Assembly: GCF_001194135.2 (NCBI RefSeq) | Contig: NC_069009.1 | Coordinates: 9,091,923-9,130,194 of the forward strand | Direction of reading: 5' to 3' | DNA length: 38,272 nt | Source: Octopus bimaculoides | Taxonomy: Eukaryota | Part shown: positions 32,626 through 38,272 of the stretch, piece after piece | Numbering within the stretch: position 1 is the first letter of the stretch | Layout of the letters: every line of letters starts with the position of its first letter | The notes under the pieces: model-generated | Database searches by the model: none | What the model saw: the letters and a program-made list of their open reading frames with translations, nothing else | Told to the model about the DNA's origin: nothing | Translations under genes and position numbers: made by a program

Positions 32626-33019
32626 AGAATTTGCTAAATTGAATTTTCCCTGTAAGTTTTGGAATTGTATTCCCTAATATTGTTATTATATATATATAAT
32701 AATAATATTAGGGATAAAATCCAAAACTACAGGTAAAAACTCAATTAAAATCAATTTATTAAAAATTAAAATTAAATTAAGTTTCACAGTATAAGATATA
32801 TATAAATATATAGTATTAGGGAAAAGAACCAAGGTTTATGAACTCATCGATGAAAATCCACTGTCACATATAGAAAAAATTTACAATTTAACGTACAATG
32901 AATAAGTATAATATAATACAAAGTAAATATCATAATATCAAGATAATAAAATAATCAATACTTATATATATGTATAAGTATGTATGTATATATATATATA
33001 TGTGTGTGTGTGTGTATGT

Positions 33020-33350
33020 GCACTCCATTGGTTATGACGACAAGGGTTCCAGTTGATCCAATCAACGGAACAGCCTGCTTGTGAAATTAACATGCAAGTA
33101 GCTGAACACTCCACCGACACATGTACCCTCAATGTAGTTCCTGGAGAGATTCAGCATCACACAGAATGTGACCCTTTGAATTACAGGCACAACAGAAACA
33201 GGAAGAAAGGGTGAGAGGAAGCTGTGGTGAAAGAGTACAGCAGGGTTCGCCACCACCCCCTGCTGGAGCCTCGTGGAGCTTTAGGTGTTTTTGCTCGAAA
33301 CTACAATCCTACAACCGCGAGTCCGCTGCTCTAACCACTGGGCTATTGTA
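33020..33350 (-). mobile_element. SINE family D, antisense
   Basis: Aligns to 30690-30980. Confidence 0.6.
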
Positions 33351-33679
33351 CCTCCACATGTGTATGTATATGTATGTGTGTATGTATGTATATATGTATG
33401 TATATGTGTATGTATGTATATATGTGTGTATGTATATGTATGTATGTGTGTGTATGTATATAAATGTGTGTATCATCATCGTCATCATTTAATGTCCATT
33501 GTCTATGCTGGCATGGGTTGGACGGTTTGACCAGGGCTGGCAAGCTAGAAGCCTGCACCAGAATCCAGTCTGATTTGACATAATTTCCATGGTTGGATGC
33601 CCTTCCTAACACCAACCACCCCAAGAGTGTAATGGGTGCTTTTATGTATATAGGTGTGTGTGTGTATATATATATATAT

Positions 33680-34279
33680 CATCATCATCATCATCATCGT
33701 TTAACGTCCGCTTTCCATGCTAGCATGGGTTGGACGATTTGACTGAGGACTGGTGAAACCGGATGGCAACACCAGGCTCCAGTCTGATTTGGCAGAGTTT
33801 CTNNNNNNNNNNNNNNNNNNNNNNNNNNNNNNNNNNNNNNNNNNNNNNNNNNNNNNNNNNNNNNNNNNNNNNNNNNNNNNNNNNNNNNNNNNNNNNNNNN
33901 NNNNNNNNNNNNNNNNNNNNNNNNNNNNNNNNNNNNNNNNNNNNNNNNNNNNNNNNNNNNNNNNNNNNNNNNNNNNNNNNNNNNNNNNNNNNNNNNNNNN
34001 NNNNNNNNNNNNNNNNNNNNNNNNNNNNNNNNNNNNNNNNNNNNNNNNNNNNNNNNNNNNNNNNNNNNNNNNNNNNNNNNNNNNNNNNNNNNNNNNNNNN
34101 NNNNNNNNNNNNNNNNNNNCTTGCACGCCACAACTGATGCTTCTAATGTTCAGCTTTTCTTTCAAGATACTTACACTCTGACGGGTATTCACATTGACAT
34201 TACACATCCAACGGAGCATACTGGCTTCATTCCTTGCGAGCTTACGTATGTCCTCAGCAGTTACAGCCCATTTGCCATG
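33680..34279 (-). mobile_element. RTE LINE 3' fragment spanning a gap
   Basis: WAVTAEDIRKLARNEASMLRWMCNV...LNIRSISCGVQ right of the gap; (GAT)n-tailed 3' UTR left of it. Confidence 0.85.
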
Positions 34280-34916
34280 TCCCCAGAACATGTACCAAGA
34301 GTGATAAAAATCAAACATCCAGTCACCATCATGGTGTCTAGAGTGATCACCAGTGATGGCAACATTATGCCTCCATTCATCTTCCCACACGGTCTCAGAC
34401 TCAACATGGAGGCCTACATCAAGTGCCTGCAGGAAGTAGAGTTGCCCTGGGTCAAGAGAGTGGCTGCTGGAAGACCCTATGTCTGGCAACATGCACCATG
34501 CCACCCAACTTTACACCATGCCACACAAGCAGGAGAATCCAGTCATGGCTTTCAGACAATTTCTGCGACCACATCATCCCTAACATCTGGCGACCTAACT
34601 CTCCAGACTGCAACCCGCTTGATTATGTGTGGGGCACAGTTGAGTGAAAAACCAACAAAACTCCTCGTAACACCAAAGATGAACTGATTGGAAGGATTCA
34701 CCAACTTAAACAAGGAGACCATCCAGAAGAGTTGCAGGAGATTCCAAAGTCATCTGGAGGCCATGGTGAAGCCAATGGCGATTTTATTGAATGAATTTAC
34801 TCTTTAGTATTTCAATATATTTTATGTAATTTTGGTAAATATACCTGTTAAAATGAGATATCAGTGTTATTTTCATTTTTGTGTAATTTAGACAACAATA
34901 TATTCACCGCACCCTG
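34280..34916 (+). mobile_element. Tc1/mariner DD37D (maT) transposon 3' half
   Basis: HPVTIMV..VITSDGNIMPPFIFPHGLRLN...PCHTSRRIQSWLSDNF...WRPNSPDCNPLDY; terminus CACCCTG|TA at 34916. Confidence 0.85.
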
Positions 34917-35249
34917 TATATATATTCATGCACACATGTGTGCACACACACACACACACACGCATGTGCATATATATTCACGTCACGTGTAGATCCTTAG
35001 TAATTTGTTGTGATCCAGCTATCTTTGAACCATCTACCTTTATGCCACTACGTGTGTAGGATGGAGCAACTGTTACTTCCTGTGTTTTTTCACAAGATGA
35101 AACTAAAAGAGTACATTGCCACAGTATTAGGCTGATAAAGATAATTAGGATGGCGTTTTTAATTACTGCATACTATTTACATAAAAATAACATACTTGAT
35201 GGATGTGAATATGAAACTAATTATTTCTGTAATTATTTTATTGTTTATT

Positions 35250-35768
35250 GAGTAATGTGTGTGTGTGTGTATATATGTTTGCGTGAGTGTACATGTATGA
35301 GTGTGCGTGTGTATATATGTTTGTGTGTGTGTATATGTTTGTGTGTATGTATATGTGTGTGCGTATATATGTGTGTGTGTGTGTGTGTATATGTGTTTGC
35401 ATGTGCATATGTCTGTGTGTGTGTGTATATATGAATGTGTGTGTGTATGAGTTTGTATATGTATGTGTGTGTGTGTGTAAATGTTTGTGTATATATAAAT
35501 GTGTGTGTGTATATATATGTGTATATGTGTGTATACATATATGTATGTGTGTATATATATATATATGGATATATATGTACATATATGTATGTATATACAT
35601 ATATATATGTATGTATACACATATATATGTATGTATACACATATATATGTATGTATATACATATATATATATGTATATACATATATATATATGTATATAC
35701 ATATATATATATGTATACACATATATATGTATGTATATACATATATATATGTATGTGTATATGTATAT
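35250..35768. repeat. Long (TG)/(TA)/(TATG) compound microsatellite with ~20-24-bp higher-order period
   Basis: Seen directly; ATATATATGTATGTATACAC-type units. Explains the spurious Y/I/H/T-rich ORFs. Confidence 0.95.
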
Positions 35769-37452
35769 TATCATCATCATTGTTTAACGTCCGCTTTCCA
35801 TGCTTGCATGGGTTGGACGATTTGACTGAGGACTGGCGAACCAGATGGATGCACCAGGCTCCAATCTGATCTGGCGGAGTTTCTACAGCTGGATGCTCTT
35901 CGTAACACCAACCACTCTGAGGGTGTAGTAGGTGCTTTTACGTACCAGTCATGCGGTACTGGCAATGGCCATGCTCAAGTGGTGTTTTTTATGTGCCACC
36001 TGCACAGCAGCTAGTCCAGCAGCACTGGCAACAACCTACCTCAAATGTGTTTCCGCGTGCCAACGGCACAAGTGCCAGTAAGGCGACGCTGGTAACGATC
36101 ACACTCGAATGGTGCTTTTTACATGCACTGGCACGGAAGCCAGTCAGCTGCTCTGGCAGCGATCACGCTCAGNNNNNNNNNNTTTTACATGCACTGGCAC
36201 GGAAGCCAGTCAGCTGCTCTGGCAGCGATCACGCTCAGATGGTACTCTGAGGACTCCACTGGCACAGGTTCTAGTCATTGAATCTGATTTCAAATTAACT
36301 TGCCTTAACAGGTCTTCGAAAGCAGAGTATAGTGTCCAATGAAGGAAAGGTATGCATAAGTAGGCTGGTTACACCCCTGGCAAAAACCACAGGTTATGGT
36401 CGCACTTGGTTTGTTGGGTCTTCTCACGCACTGAATATTTCCAAAGGTCTCGGTCACTAGTCATTGCCTCGGTGAAGCCTAATGTTTGAAGTTCGTGCTT
36501 CACCACCTCATCCCAGGTCTTCCTGGGTCTACCTCTTCGATAGGTTCCCTCAATCGCTAGGGTGTGGCACTTTTTTACACAGCTATCCTCATCCATTCGT
36601 ATCACATGACCATACTATTCATTCGTCTCTCTTGCACACAATATCTGATGCTTCTTAGGTCCAACTTTTCTCTCAAGGTACTTGCACTCTGTCTAGTATG
36701 CACACTGACATTACACATCCAGCGGAGCATACTGGCTTCATTCCTTGTGAGTTTACGCATGTCCTCAGCAGTCACAGCCCATGTTTCACTGCCATGTAGC
36801 ATGGCTGTTCGTACACATGCATCATACAGTCTGCTTTTTACTCTGAGCGAGAGGCCCTTAATTGCCAGCAGAAGTAGGAGCTCTCTGAACTTTGCCCAGG
36901 CTATTCTTATTCTAGCAGCTACATTTTCAGCGCACTCTCCCCTGCTATTGACTTGTTCACCTAGATAACAGAAGCTATCAACTACTTCTAGTTTTTCTCC
37001 CTGGAATGTGGCGGAAGTTGTTCTCTTCACATTTTCAGTGTTTATTGCTCCTGAGCATCTGCCACATACAAAAACTATCTTCCCAGTTAGCCTTCCTTTG
37101 ATATCGCTGCACCTAATATGTGTCCATAGCTTACACTGGGTACATCTTAGAGTTTCTACCTGCGACTTTTCTACAGATCAAGCAGTCATCTACCTGAAGG
37201 GATTTGTGGTTTGTCTACCTTCCTACTTATTAGGACTTTGGTTTTAGCTAGGTTGACTCTAAGGCCCTTCGATTCTAATCCTTGCTTCNNNNNNNNNNTG
37301 ACTCTAAGGCCCTTCGATTCTAATCCTTGCTTCCATACCTGAAACTTCTCCTCTAGTTCTGATAGTGACTTAGCAATTAGAGCAAGGTCGTCAGCATAGA
37401 AGAGCTCCCAGGGGCATCCTGTCTTGAATTCCTCTGTTATTGCCTGGAGGAT
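35766..37452 (-). mobile_element. 5'-truncated RTE LINE (~1.7 kb): RT C-terminal part, ORF end, 3' UTR, (GAT)n tail
   Basis: GCPWELFYADDLALIA...NLAKTKVL...VVDSFCYLG...MLHGSETWAV...RGRPRKTWDEVV; frameshifted. Confidence 0.92.
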
Positions 37453-37559
37453 GTATGTATATTTATACATGTGTATGTATGTATATACATATGTACAGGC
37501 ATGTTGTATATATATATGTATATGTGTGTATACATTTATTTATTTATGCATTTTAGCCA

Positions 37560-37985
37560 AGTGGCTGCAGTCATGCTGGAACACCACCATGACTTTCTCT
37601 CCTTATGCTGTGCTCTCTGCACGTTCTTTGCATGGCTCTTCTCTGCCACCTGATGTAGTCCAATCAAGACTTTCGATGGCACATTTGGTGTATTAGAGAA
37701 TTTGACATTGCTGCCTTCAACTGTGTCTCATTTTGAGCCATCGGTTCGTCTGGTATCGTGGATAGGAAAGTGTCGAGTTTTGTTTTGAAGATCTCTACAT
37801 CCATGTCTTGCAGGTCTCTCAATTATTTTGGCAGGGCATTAAAGAGCTGAAGTCCTCTATAACTGAGGCTGTTGCAGTATCTTGTTCTTATGTGAGATGC
37901 AGTGGACGGTACCTTTGGTACTATGCAGTGGCAATCTGTGCGGGCATTCATGCAGTACTTGATGCCAAAGTTTGGTGCCAGTCTT
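37560..37985 (-). mobile_element. CR1/L2-group LINE ORF2 C-terminal relic
   Basis: ...RYCNSLSYRGLQLFNALPK*LRDLQDMDVEIFKTKLDTFLSTIPDEP... Confidence 0.7.
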
Positions 37986-38019
37986 TCTAGTGTATATGTA
38001 TATGTATATATATATATAT

Positions 38020-38114
38020 GTATATATAAATTTAGTAAATGGAGTAAAACGCATATGTTAACTGAATACTTTTTAACATATGCGTTTTACTCCATTTACT
38101 AAATTTATATATAC
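38020..38114. repeat. Perfect 42-bp inverted repeat with 11-nt spacer
   Basis: 38020-38061 is the exact reverse complement of 38073-38114. Confidence 0.95.
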
Positions 38115-38272
38115 TCAAGTACCCAAAATAACAAGGAGTTTCTACCTCATAAACAGGAGTCACACCACAGTCATTTTGTGATTTTGCTACCCTGGTATCT
38201 ATTAACCAATTTATTTTGTCGGAGTTAATTATTAACTAGGAGAAAATAAATACATATAATACAATATATATA

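Noticed and set aside
35177-35869. Long ORFs rich in Y/I/H/T/C/V (also 1325-1835, 33211-33624)
   Set aside because: Translations of TA/TG/TCTG microsatellites; not genes.
31323-38272. MEI1 exon 7 (expected FLFE.L-like peptide)
   Set aside because: No matching exon found; probably beyond the window or inside the 33803-34119 gap.

Overview
AT-rich, repeat-dense animal genomic DNA with 10 assembly gaps. The repeat families suggest an octopus or other coleoid scaffold (inference). The window holds the 5' part of one + strand gene, a MEI1 (meiotic double-strand-break factor) orthologue. Six coding exons (3307/3309-3582, 6720-6767, 12848-12921, 26035-26143, 30152-30355, 31104-31322) splice in frame into about 309 codons resembling the vertebrate MEI1 N-terminus. 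The introns are filled with tRNA-derived SINEs, 5'-truncated RTE LINEs, Tc1/mariner/maT/Tigger relics, hAT and piggyBac-type MITEs, foldbacks and microsatellites. The most interesting signal is a 342-nt tandem repeat in intron 3 (about 14635-15157) whose two junctions each carry a type I hammerhead ribozyme fold, i.e. a retrozyme-like element; helix II is degenerate in both copies. Other notable items: decayed minimal hammerhead motifs at 8319-8354 and in a 230-bp foldback at 29876-30106, a TIR element carrying a tRNA-like cassette, and a C4HC3 PHD-type finger inserted inside an RTE reverse transcriptase. All homology calls come from recalled family motifs, not database searches. SINE and LINE boundaries are approximate.
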